Positions 38,691 to 47,879 of a stretch of 64,000 nucleotides of DNA are shown here, piece after piece. The notes beneath the pieces are model-generated. The model did not search any database. It worked only from the letters and a program-made list of their open reading frames with translations, and was not told the DNA's origin. Made by a program: the position numbers and the translations under genes. Numbering within the stretch: the first letter of the stretch is position 1; each line of letters opens with the position of its first letter. The DNA is from Euryarchaeota archaeon UBA182. Lineage in GTDB: Archaea; Thermoplasmatota; Poseidoniia; Poseidoniales; Thalassarchaeaceae. The stretch is from positions 14,258-78,257 of the forward strand of contig DAGH01000025.1 in NCBI GenBank assembly GCA_002495675.1. The letters are read 5' to 3'.

Positions 38691-39803
38691 TCACAATGTA
38701 TCCACATTGAACACACCTGCAACAGGCAGCAACTTGTTTTCGAAATCGAAAATTGCCTGATTTTCCCATACAGAGCCATTATTCGATTCCGGACCGCTCC
38801 AAGATATCATGTCAGCACCCCAATAACAGAACCCTACTCCTCTCTCCACGCTCAAGATTTCGTCCTTCAAAGCTGTCATGAAGTCCAATTGCCCCTGAGG
38901 TGATGCAGGATATAGAGAGGCGATTATCTGGTCCTCTGATCCTATGATGTTATTCGTCCAATCGTTCCAGTCAAGCGTGAATGGATAAGCGGTCTCTGCG
39001 ATCATCACATCCTTGTCGTTTTGTTGAGCCAATTCCGTCAGCGTGTCACCGACTCTCCCAATAGACTTGCCGTGCCACAGCGGGTAGAAGGAAATGCCTG
39101 CGATGTCATAGTCCAGCGAACTCAATTCACCGTAGAAGTCACTTGAGGACTCCAGCCCAGCGTAGTGGATTATGATTCTAGCGTGCCCGGAGTTTTCCCT
39201 GATGGCTCTTGATCCAGCATCGAGAAGTTCAAGAAATTGCGTTTTATTTTGGTTTATTTCCCCATGGGGGAACAAAAAACCGTTGTTGATCTCGTTCCCA
39301 ATCTGGACGAAATCAGGATTCAAATCGGAGACGATGTCGCTTGTATACTGGTAGAACTCATCTTTCACTTCAGAGTAGTTCAGACCGTCCCAAGCGCGGG
39401 GCTGATCTTGCGCTCCGGGGTCAGCCCAGGTGTCTGAGTAGTGGGGACAGAGCCAGAGTTTCAGCCCCAAAGATTTTATTTTTTCAGAGAAATCTGCCAC
39501 CTCTTGCAAGGATGAGCCGCTATGGCTTGGGTCATGCCAAATCCTGAGCCTCACTGTGTTGACTCCGGCATCCTTCAATGATTGAATGAAATCCACCTGA
39601 TCCCCGTTTGAGTCGTAAAAAGTGTGGTTCAAGCTTGAGATCAGGGGGTAATATGAGATGTCAACGGCAGAAATTATTTCGGGCATAAACTCGGAATTAT
39701 GTGATTCAATTTGCAAACCCTGGGTATCTTGGCTGAGGCACCCTGACAACATACACGCTACGATCAAGATGGAGAGCGGTGCCCGCAAAGTCATAGGAAT
39801 CAA
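38691..39803 (-). CDS. glycoside hydrolase family 53 endo-beta-1,4-galactanase lipoprotein
   Basis: Lipobox MLSGCLS. GH53 pattern ISAVDISYY...LKDAGVNTVRLRIWHDP, acid/base VQIGNEINNG, nucleophile IAETAYPFT, ISFYPLWHG. Confidence 0.75.
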   Translation of the reverse strand: MIPMTLRAPLSILIVACMLSGCLSQDTQGLQIESHNSEFMPEIISAVDISYYPLISSLNHTFYDSNGDQVDFIQSLKDAGVNTVRLRIWHDPSHSGSSLQEVADFSEKIKSLGLKLWLCPHYSDTWADPGAQDQPRAWDGLNYSEVKDEFYQYTSDIVSDLNPDFVQIGNEINNGFLFPHGEINQNKTQFLELLDAGSRAIRENSGHARIIIHYAGLESSSDFYGELSSLDYDIAGISFYPLWHGKSIGRVGDTLTELAQQNDKDVMIAETAYPFTLDWNDWTNNIIGSEDQIIASLYPASPQGQLDFMTALKDEILSVERGVGFCYWGADMISWSGPESNNGSVWENQAIFDFENKLLPVAGVFNVDTL

Positions 39804-39834
39804 AAAGCAATTGTGTGGGTAGACCGTAACTTTG

Positions 39835-41391
39835 CTAGTTCACCCATGAGTATCTCCTCTCGCCCTCTAGGTGGCCTTCAGCCCCAATCGAGACGAGGGC
39901 AAACTCCGCTGACGGGCTGATTACAGATGAGTTCCTCGAGCCCCTATGAAGGGCCTCATAGACAGATTTGTCGATTGATTGGCGTTCGTCTATCCTAGCG
40001 AAAAGCGAGAATCTTGAGACAATATGTTTCCAATCCGGCTGGATGATCCCCTCGAACACCTTGGCCTTCGCACCAGAGCCATATCCACAGAGGCCAACAC
40101 GAGTGCCATTCATGTCTTGATTGTCCTCTAAGTCGGATTCCAATGCTGACATCAATGCTAGAAAAATGGATCCAGTGTATTGATTGCCGACCTTAGACGA
40201 AGCGCGTTGTGTCTTTTCGATCCTCTGCTCGACGAATTGCTTGAATTGATCCGTCTTGGAAATCTTCCTTCGATAAACATCGTTAGCAGCCTCGAACTCG
40301 CTTTCTCCTGATTCGCCCTCGGGGTAATCGGGCCTAATTGGTTCTGGGCCTATTTCAGCCTCGATCTCTGACCATGTCGGGAGATGCCGCCTGTCGTGGC
40401 GGAAAACATCCGGGAACATTCGCTTGGCCTGGAAAGCATATGGCAGGTGGACTATGATCCTTGACCATTGCTCTGTGAGGATATCATCATCATTCGGATC
40501 ATACCTTCCATGGGCTATAGCCTTCGACCTGAAGTTGATGAAAGCCTGCTTAACCGACTCCGAATAGCACCTATTCGAGAAGGCACCGTCGAACACTGGG
40601 GTGTCCTTGTGGACCTTCAGGGTCTCGGATTCGAACAAGGTATGGTCCCGCTTGTCTGTCTTGTCGATGATCCTCATGATTCTCTCGGATAGATTTGTCT
40701 TGAATTTCTCCCCAGCATCAGAGGCCAGCTCCAGCACTGTCTCGACTATTGACTTCCTCGTAATTTCCCTGCGAGGCTTGAAGAAATCATGAACGGGCAT
40801 CGTGGATACACCCCATATGTCTGGGATCTCCAGCAACCTTGGGTTGTGCCTGATGAGGATGGCCCCGCCACCCGCACCTTGAGTGTACTCGCCCGATGAG
40901 CCCAGGTCGTACTTTGCATTGTCGGCGAAGACCACGACCCCGATCCTATCCTGCTCCACGCCTCCCCTAGCAACCCAGTCCAGAGTGTTGTGCATCGCAT
41001 CCACGGCCCCGATGCAAGCAAAAGTCATGTCCACGACATCACAATTTCTGAAACATTCCGGACCGTACTTTTTCGAGTAGCGTTGTTCAAGCATGTCCAT
41101 GATGTAAGTGGCAGTGGGCTTCGACCCATCTAAGGCTGATTCAGTGCCAAGATATATCCTACCAATTTTTTTTGGTTCGAGCTTGTTCCTGTCAATTATT
41201 CTAGCAACCGCATTAGCGCCCATGGTCGCGGTGTCCTCATGGACATCTGGGATAGCCATCGCGGATAAGCCAAGACCTCGATTCAGCTTGCCGTAGTCCG
41301 CCCCTCTGAATTCTGCAAAGTCCTTGATGTCGAAATAAAGCCTAGGTATGTGGATCGCGATGTCGTCTATACCCACAGAAACTGTCATCAT
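39835..41391 (-). CDS. hydroxymethylglutaryl-CoA synthase, long form
   Basis: VGIDDIAIHIPRLYF...DYGKLNRGLG...EDTATMGANAV, catalytic Cys context MTFACIGAVDAM, and C-terminal helical extension. 518 aa, considerably longer than the ~350-aa archaeal HMGCS. Confidence 0.8.
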   Translation of the reverse strand: MMTVSVGIDDIAIHIPRLYFDIKDFAEFRGADYGKLNRGLGLSAMAIPDVHEDTATMGANAVARIIDRNKLEPKKIGRIYLGTESALDGSKPTATYIMDMLEQRYSKKYGPECFRNCDVVDMTFACIGAVDAMHNTLDWVARGGVEQDRIGVVVFADNAKYDLGSSGEYTQGAGGGAILIRHNPRLLEIPDIWGVSTMPVHDFFKPRREITRKSIVETVLELASDAGEKFKTNLSERIMRIIDKTDKRDHTLFESETLKVHKDTPVFDGAFSNRCYSESVKQAFINFRSKAIAHGRYDPNDDDILTEQWSRIIVHLPYAFQAKRMFPDVFRHDRRHLPTWSEIEAEIGPEPIRPDYPEGESGESEFEAANDVYRRKISKTDQFKQFVEQRIEKTQRASSKVGNQYTGSIFLALMSALESDLEDNQDMNGTRVGLCGYGSGAKAKVFEGIIQPDWKHIVSRFSLFARIDERQSIDKSVYEALHRGSRNSSVISPSAEFALVSIGAEGHLEGERRYSWVN

Positions 41392-41465
41392 ACCCCCCCG
41401 ATTAGACTTGATATTTAGCGAGATCCCCGATTAACTAGGCTATGACCCTTTGTCTGGGCGATTTC

Positions 41466-42575
41466 TCATTTTCCGGCTATCTCAAACATTTTTTGCAATT
41501 TATCTGGATTATCGTCGAAATGACTTCTCAATGGGGCCAACACAGACGAAAGTCCCTCCGCAACACCCATCTTGAGGTCGAATGGGTGTACTTCACCCCC
41601 CATAACGGCCTTGGCCAGCTTGTCAGTGTCGGTCCATGTGCTGGGCTCCCCGAACTCCGGCTTCGGAGTCACCCTCAACTCGCCCAGAGTTGGAATGATA
41701 ATGTGCCTCGCTATCTCGTAGACAGGGGAATCAGAATCATTCTGGTCCAAATACGCCTTCCTCAACTTCTTGCTGAGTGACTTTGCGGAATCGTGGAGAA
41801 TTATCGCATTAGCAGGATCCGATTTGGACATTTTATGGTCGAAGACCTCCATACGTCCCCCCCGGCGACCCTTCAGCCCTGATATCATGGGAGTGTGTAT
41901 GCAGGTCGCCTTTGTCCACTTATTCCTATCAGCGACGTCGCGCATGTACATGTGTGCCTTTCTCTGATCCATGCCTCCGAAAGCTATGTCCACCTTCAGG
42001 TGGAATATGTCCGCGGCCTGCATGGGGGGGTAGAAGAAGGCTGAGAGGTCTTCTTCAGAGGAGTCCTCGCTGCGCCCCATAATGCTGAACGTCCTCCTCG
42101 CTCTGGCCAGGCTCATGCCCTTGGAGCACCTCAGCACTTTCTCCCAGTATTCGCCGCTGTCCATCAAGTCGCTTGCCATCAGGAAATTGAGCTGGCCGGG
42201 GCCTACCCCCTCCTCAGGGAACCCCAAGAGGGCCCTGAAAACCTCAGCCATGTAATCGGCGGCGATTGAGATCTTCTCCATGTCTCTGCCGAACTTGTCG
42301 TTCACCCATGCATGCCAATCTGCTAACAGGATGGTAACCTGCACGCCTTCCTGCAACATGTTCCTGACGCAATCTGCAATCAATATCCACCCTACGTGTG
42401 CCTTTCCACTTGGCTCAAGCCCGATGTAGGCTCGAAGAGTTCCGTCCCCTCCCGCGCTAGGTGCCCCGTCCAGTACGGAGGCAACATGGTTTCCACCTAC
42501 AACCTCTTCCACGTTTTTGAACATCCTATTCATGGCTGATTGGGCCGAATCGCTGTAATCTTCAGGGAATTTCAT
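41466..42575 (-). CDS. tyrS: tyrosyl-tRNA synthetase (archaeal type)
   Basis: Class I signatures: AYIGLEPSGKAHVGW (HIGH-region variant), GGMDQRKAHMYMRD, KMSKSDP. TrpRS is not fully excluded, but KMSKS plus DQRK favour TyrRS. Confidence 0.7.
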   Translation of the reverse strand: MKFPEDYSDSAQSAMNRMFKNVEEVVGGNHVASVLDGAPSAGGDGTLRAYIGLEPSGKAHVGWILIADCVRNMLQEGVQVTILLADWHAWVNDKFGRDMEKISIAADYMAEVFRALLGFPEEGVGPGQLNFLMASDLMDSGEYWEKVLRCSKGMSLARARRTFSIMGRSEDSSEEDLSAFFYPPMQAADIFHLKVDIAFGGMDQRKAHMYMRDVADRNKWTKATCIHTPMISGLKGRRGGRMEVFDHKMSKSDPANAIILHDSAKSLSKKLRKAYLDQNDSDSPVYEIARHIIIPTLGELRVTPKPEFGEPSTWTDTDKLAKAVMGGEVHPFDLKMGVAEGLSSVLAPLRSHFDDNPDKLQKMFEIAGK

Positions 42576-42584
42576 GGTAGGGCC

Positions 42585-43103
42585 TCATGGGTTGAGAAGC
42601 TTGCCAAGTTTCTCCGCCTTGCCAGCTGCCCGGGTGTTATCTCCAGCCTCGAGTGCGGCTTCTATCTCGGAAATCATGGCCTCAGCTTGTTTCTTGATGT
42701 CCTCGGACAGGTTTGTTGCCATTCCCATGAAGTGTCGGGCCGAGGATATTCCGGATGCTGCCTTTGAGGCTTTTTTTGCCCATTCCTTTGCTTTGTCTCC
42801 CCTTTGTTTAGAGTTGTACCCAGTTGCTTCATCCAAGAACTGGGTCCACCTCTTCCTCGCATCCATCGCCGACTTTACAGCATCGGGATCGTCAAAGTCC
42901 GGTGGCACGTTTGTGACGTCGACAATCAATGCACCAGAATCGTCATACTTTCCCTCTATCGAGGTCATGATCCCGTGGGAGGCGGAAAAAACATGGACAC
43001 CCTTTACATCGACATTGTCAAAATATTTTGAGGCGAGCGATGATAATCCACCTTCTTCACCTATCTTCTTCACTAGTCCTCTCTTAACATCAAAGCGCTC
43101 CAT
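42585..43103 (-). CDS. hypothetical protein (N-terminal alpha/beta domain + Lys/Ala-rich helical C-terminus)
   Basis: 172 aa from ATG 43103 (MERFDVKRGLVKKIGEEGG...). The ORF extension to 43280 would overlap the divergent neighbour. No recognisable motif. Confidence 0.35.
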   Translation of the reverse strand: MERFDVKRGLVKKIGEEGGLSSLASKYFDNVDVKGVHVFSASHGIMTSIEGKYDDSGALIVDVTNVPPDFDDPDAVKSAMDARKRWTQFLDEATGYNSKQRGDKAKEWAKKASKAASGISSARHFMGMATNLSEDIKKQAEAMISEIEAALEAGDNTRAAGKAEKLGKLLNP

Positions 43104-43170
43104 GGCCGGGGGAGGAACAGGGAGGATTTGAAGGCTGTCCGAAATACAACATACTAGACCCGGGATCGCA

Positions 43171-44325
43171 GTGGCTAAGCAGTGTAATGTCCTGCGGACA
43201 CACATGATCGGCAGGGCACTGGTGTTGGCATTGATGCTCGCAACCACCACGACGGTGGGCGGGCAAACTGGATCTGTCATGAAGATCGATCATTCATTTG
43301 AACTGATCGACTATGACCCGGGGATAGAGGGTTCTACGCATCACAGTGCTTCAAGATGGGTTCTTGTGATTGGAGCTGAAGGGTATGCCATCGCAATGGA
43401 CAAGGAGTCCCCAAGTACGATGATTCCCCTTGCAAAGTCCACCACCGAGGACCTGCTAGATTCAGATTACCATCCTGGCGGAAACACGGCATTGGCAGTG
43501 GGCAAGAATGGAACCACACTGAGATACTCAAATGCAGATCAATCACTAGAAATGGCTGCTCAAGAGCAATCTTTCGGGTTTGACACCCTCCTGTCTGTGT
43601 CATGGAATGCCAACGGAGAATGGGCATATGTCGGAGCCGAGGAGGGCAGTCTCTTCAGGATGCGTACCACCAGTGATGGCGGGGCGGAGGTACTACCCAT
43701 TCCGGGAACCGGGGGGTCCGCAATCAATGCCATTGACTGCCTGCCAGATCCATTTGTCTGCGTAGTTGTATCCCAAGATCAAGGCATCGGCGTGATAGAT
43801 CGTGATCACAGGCTCTCGTGGATAGGAGGGAGTGGCAAGCCTTGGTCCGACATAATCTGTCGGTCAGGTGGCACCCCCGTCTGTATCGGGATCTCAATGG
43901 AAAGGTACCTCGCTGAGGTAAGTTTCGATGGCGGGATCCCCAGCGTCGATCAAAAACAGCTCACTGGAACACTGGGGACACCCATGTCTCTTGGACTCAC
44001 CGGGCTTGGGGAGATATTGGTGGTTTCCACACCAGCCGAGATTCTTGAACACAGACCCCACAGCGGGGGGACCTACACTTGGTTGACAAGGGAAGATATC
44101 AACAGTCAATCCTTTGGCATCGGTGGGTCGACCATAACCAGCCAGTGGGATGGGAGTGGTGAAGACCATTGGATAGTGACTCGGGACGGCACTGTAGCCC
44201 TACTCATTCCCGTGCAATCCGGTGAAGCTCCAGGAATTGCAAGGTTGGTGACCCTGCTTGCACTCGGAACAATGGGTTTGATGGCATTGGGGATATGGTC
44301 AACGAGGTCGAGAGGGGCCTCTTGA
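43171..44325 (+). CDS. hypothetical secreted protein with C-terminal TM anchor (probable beta-propeller)
   Basis: Signal-like MIGRALVLALMLATTTTVGG. Repetitive Gly/Ser-rich beta-strand-like segments. C-terminal LVTLLALGTMGLMALGIWSTRSR anchor. Confidence 0.45.
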   Translation: MAKQCNVLRTHMIGRALVLALMLATTTTVGGQTGSVMKIDHSFELIDYDPGIEGSTHHSASRWVLVIGAEGYAIAMDKESPSTMIPLAKSTTEDLLDSDYHPGGNTALAVGKNGTTLRYSNADQSLEMAAQEQSFGFDTLLSVSWNANGEWAYVGAEEGSLFRMRTTSDGGAEVLPIPGTGGSAINAIDCLPDPFVCVVVSQDQGIGVIDRDHRLSWIGGSGKPWSDIICRSGGTPVCIGISMERYLAEVSFDGGIPSVDQKQLTGTLGTPMSLGLTGLGEILVVSTPAEILEHRPHSGGTYTWLTREDINSQSFGIGGSTITSQWDGSGEDHWIVTRDGTVALLIPVQSGEAPGIARLVTLLALGTMGLMALGIWSTRSRGAS

Positions 44326-44371
44326 ATTGCGAACCTTGAAGGGGCTCGTCCTCAGCGGGTGTACAGATATT

Positions 44372-45544
44372 ATGGGATACGAGGCTCTAGACTTCTACGA
44401 TGTTGACTCTCTGCTCACAGACGAGGAACGGATGATTCGCGACGCAGTGCGGGATTGGGTTGACGAGTCTGTGATACCAAAGATAGAGAATGCCTGTAGG
44501 GAGGGGGTTTTCCTCGATGAATGGCGGCAGGACATCGGGAGCATGGGCATACTTGGGGCCCCGCTCAAAGGATACGGTTGCCCTGGCCTGTCATACACCG
44601 CCTACGGAGTCATTTGCAGGGAATTGGAGCGTGGCGACAGCGGCATCAGATCATTCGCCAGTGTCCAGGGGTCATTGGCCATGTACCCAATCTGGGACTT
44701 CGGTAGTGAGGAACAGAAAGAGAAGTACCTTCCCGGAATGGCGACCGGAGAGCTCATCGGATGCTTCGGGCTGACAGAGCCGGACTATGGATCCAACCCA
44801 GGAGACATGGTCACGAAAGCAACAGAAGACGGTGACGGCTTTGTCCTAAACGGAGCAAAGATGTGGATTACAAACGGAACAATAGCGGATCTTGCCATCG
44901 TATGGGCAAAGCTAGATGGCGTCATCAGAGGTTTCATCGTTGAGAAGGGAGACCCTGGTTTCTCTGCCCCGGAGATGAAAGGCAAACATTCTCTCAAGGC
45001 AAGCGTCACCTCTGAATTGGTTTTCCAGGATTGTCGCATACCAAAAGATCGCATACTACCGGGGGTAAAGGGCCTAAGAGGGCCATTCTCATGTCTCAAC
45101 AATGCGAGATTCGGGATCTCTTGGGGTGCCATCGGATCGGCTCAGGCATGCTACGATTCGGCCAAAAGCTATGCCCTGAGCAGAATTCAGTTCGACCACC
45201 CAATCGCTGCATACCAACTCGTCCAGAACAAACTTGCATGGATGCTCCGCGAGATAACCAAGGGACAACTGCTGGCTTACCACCTCGGCAAGAAGAAAGA
45301 CGCGGGTGAGTGGATACCCGAACACATATCACTTGCGAAAATGAACAACGTCGACATAGCATTGGAGATAGCAAGGGTGTCACGGGACATTCATGGCGCG
45401 AATGGAATTCTGGACGAGTACCCGGTGATGCGGCATATGGCCAATCTTGAGTCGGTGAAGACCTATGAGGGCACCCATGACATACACAACCTGATTCTAG
45501 GTCGTCACATTACAGGCATACAAGCCTTCACGAAAGGAGCATGA
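44372..45544 (+). CDS. glutaryl-CoA dehydrogenase-like acyl-CoA dehydrogenase
   Basis: GCFGLTEPDYGSNPGDM, LNGAKMWITNG, and C-terminal ILDEYPVMRHMANLESVKTYEGTHDIHNLILGR (GCDH-typical YEGTHDIH). Start trimmed to ATG 44372. Confidence 0.85.
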   Translation: MGYEALDFYDVDSLLTDEERMIRDAVRDWVDESVIPKIENACREGVFLDEWRQDIGSMGILGAPLKGYGCPGLSYTAYGVICRELERGDSGIRSFASVQGSLAMYPIWDFGSEEQKEKYLPGMATGELIGCFGLTEPDYGSNPGDMVTKATEDGDGFVLNGAKMWITNGTIADLAIVWAKLDGVIRGFIVEKGDPGFSAPEMKGKHSLKASVTSELVFQDCRIPKDRILPGVKGLRGPFSCLNNARFGISWGAIGSAQACYDSAKSYALSRIQFDHPIAAYQLVQNKLAWMLREITKGQLLAYHLGKKKDAGEWIPEHISLAKMNNVDIALEIARVSRDIHGANGILDEYPVMRHMANLESVKTYEGTHDIHNLILGRHITGIQAFTKGA

Positions 45545-45595
45545 TGGCTCCGTTGACTTCATAGGACTGCCTTGGTGTGAGAGATACGTGATAGC

Positions 45596-46351
45596 ATGAA
45601 GGTAGCCGTACTCATCAAACAGGTCCCCGACACGACAGCCAAAGTCGGCATCACCAGCGGCAGCGTGGATGAGGGTGCCATATCCAAATGGTCGATTAGC
45701 CCCTACGACGAATACGCCTTGGAATCAGCATTGAGCCTGCAGAGCGGCTCTGGGGCAACAGTGGTTGCGATAACCCTCGGGCCCGAGAGGTCCTCGAAAT
45801 CCCTAATCGATGCTGCAGCGGTGGGCGCTGACGAGCTACTGCACGTCGTTCACGATGGGGGCCTTGGCTCGCTGTCGCTCCAAAAGGCACTCTCAGAGGC
45901 GGTGACCAGAGTTGGGGCAGAGGTCGTGCTTGTCGGAAAACAGGCAGCGGACACCAACTCAGGTTCAACTGGACCGGGAGTCGCTAAGATGCTGAACTAC
46001 TCATGTGTCGGTTTGGTATCAAGAATCGAAGCTGGCTCCGATGGCTTTGAAGCCACTAGGTCCACACCCTCAGGAATGGAACGAGTCTCCGTAAAATTAC
46101 CCTGCGTCTTTGCATTCGACAAGGGGGATGTGGAACTGCGAAGGCCAAACGTCAGAGGGATAATGATGGCCAAGAAAAAGCCAATAGAGAAGATATCCCT
46201 CGCGGACCTCGGTGTGGACAACACAGGCGAAGGTGTTTCCACAACTTCGGTGGATTACCCCCCAGAGAAGCCCGAGGGCCAGAGATTCGAGGGTGCCGAT
46301 GCCGCTGCCGAAGTCGCAGTCAAGCTCAGGGAAGAGGCCAACGTCATCTAA
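45596..46351 (+). CDS. etfB: electron transfer flavoprotein beta subunit
   Basis: MKVAVLIKQVPDT..., ISPYDEYALESAL, VLVGKQAADTNSG are EtfB signatures. 251 aa. Confidence 0.9.
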   Translation: MKVAVLIKQVPDTTAKVGITSGSVDEGAISKWSISPYDEYALESALSLQSGSGATVVAITLGPERSSKSLIDAAAVGADELLHVVHDGGLGSLSLQKALSEAVTRVGAEVVLVGKQAADTNSGSTGPGVAKMLNYSCVGLVSRIEAGSDGFEATRSTPSGMERVSVKLPCVFAFDKGDVELRRPNVRGIMMAKKKPIEKISLADLGVDNTGEGVSTTSVDYPPEKPEGQRFEGADAAAEVAVKLREEANVI

Positions 46352-46363
46352 GGAGGAATTTGA

Positions 46364-47281
46364 ATGAGTACCACCATAATCGCAGAACAGCAAGAAGAAG
46401 GGATACATCCAACGTTGCCCCAGTTGGTGCACGCGGCCTCTATAATTGGCGGCGAATGCACCATAATAATTCCCGGTGGTGGCGGAGAGTCTGAAGCCTC
46501 TGAGATAGTAGGAGTTGACAGGGTACTGAAGTTCAACGGAAGCTGCTTCTCTGTTTTCGACTCCCAGTCTTGGTCGAGCGCACTGAAGGGATCCGTGGGT
46601 GGGACCGTCCTTCTGGCATCAACCCCCCGGGGCCGCGAGCTCGGGGCTAGTCTTGCTGCTGACATCGGCATCTCGGTCGTTCAGGACATAACATCGATTT
46701 CGGAAGGTATCAACGTAGAGAGGCCGGTCTTTTCAGGCAAGGCGATAGAGAAAGTCACCATCTCTAGTCCTGCCGTAATTACCATCCGCCCCAACTCGCT
46801 GGATCCAGCGGGGAATGGAGCCTCAGCCCCGGTATCGACGATCGATTCGGGTGAAGATCTCAGAATGGCGGTAGAAGAGGCGATAACCAAGGCTAGCGAG
46901 AAGATCGATGTCTCAGAGGCGGACATCATAATTTCCGGCGGGAGAGGTTTGGGAGATATCTCGAACTTCGAAAAGTTGGAGGAAGTCGCTTCGACTCTCG
47001 GTGCTGCAGTGGGGGCTAGTAGGGCCGTCGTGGATGAGTGGGGCCTCCCCCACAGTATGCAGGTTGGCCAGACTGGAAAGACCGTAACACCGTCCCTCTA
47101 CATCGCGGTGGGGATATCTGGTGCAATACAGCATTTGGCTGGAATGAGATCCAGCAGTTACATTGTCGCCATAAACAAGGACCCCGAAGCTCCAATTTTC
47201 ACCGTTGCCGACTACGGAATCGTAGCCTCCTGGGAAGATGCCCTCCCGGTTCTGCACGACTCCATCAAGGCGCTTCCGTGA
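46364..47281 (+). CDS. etfA: electron transfer flavoprotein alpha subunit
   Basis: IISGGRGLG...ASRAVVDEWGLPHSMQVGQTGKTVTPSLYIAVGISGAIQHLAGM...VAINKDPEAPIF is the conserved EtfA FAD-binding C-terminal domain. Confidence 0.9.
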   Translation: MSTTIIAEQQEEGIHPTLPQLVHAASIIGGECTIIIPGGGGESEASEIVGVDRVLKFNGSCFSVFDSQSWSSALKGSVGGTVLLASTPRGRELGASLAADIGISVVQDITSISEGINVERPVFSGKAIEKVTISSPAVITIRPNSLDPAGNGASAPVSTIDSGEDLRMAVEEAITKASEKIDVSEADIIISGGRGLGDISNFEKLEEVASTLGAAVGASRAVVDEWGLPHSMQVGQTGKTVTPSLYIAVGISGAIQHLAGMRSSSYIVAINKDPEAPIFTVADYGIVASWEDALPVLHDSIKALP

Positions 47282-47879
47282 TTAAACGGGCAATAGAAAC
47301 AAGGTGGTAGACTCCTCCAACGAGCCTCTGCTCGAAATCCACTTTCCATGACTCTCCCCTGAGTTTCCATACCCCTCTTGAATAGGAAATTTCCCTGGAT
47401 ATTGAAAGGCCATATCCTGTGGCCTTAGATACAGCCTCAATGGCCATCCAAGTCTCCAGATTCGTGGGATATGGGGTTTGTTTCTTTACATCTTCTGTTG
47501 CAATCTGATCCAAGGTTCCCATATCGACAAGTCTGGACTTGGGCTCCATATCCACCCCTATTGGATATGGTCCGGTCGATTTGACTGCCACGGCACCATG
47601 ATCTGTGTGGGATATGCTCCAATGGTTCAACAGAGTTCCATTTCTGGTGTGGCAACCGCCCTTTCCAGGCTCAATGTTGGCAACATCGCCTTGGATGGCA
47701 CCTAGAAGGTTCCCTAGGGCGATCCTCCCCGAAATATGGTGTTTTTTCCTATCTCCCCTCATCCTACGGAACCTATCTTCTTCCACTAGGATCGGCAAAG
47801 TTCCTTGGCTTGAAAGGTCGTCATGGTCGACGTATTCTGCCAGAAACCCGTCAATTGACATATTCTGATTTTGAATCAT
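47265..47879 (-). CDS. 4'-phosphopantetheinyl transferase (Sfp/EntD superfamily)
   Basis: GRIALGNLLG, WSISHTDHGAVAV, PIGVDMEP (GxDxE) and WMAIEAVSKATG (W..KEA-like). ATGA overlap with the upstream PKS stop. Confidence 0.75.
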   Translation of the reverse strand: MIQNQNMSIDGFLAEYVDHDDLSSQGTLPILVEEDRFRRMRGDRKKHHISGRIALGNLLGAIQGDVANIEPGKGGCHTRNGTLLNHWSISHTDHGAVAVKSTGPYPIGVDMEPKSRLVDMGTLDQIATEDVKKQTPYPTNLETWMAIEAVSKATGYGLSISREISYSRGVWKLRGESWKVDFEQRLVGGVYHLVSIARLITEAP

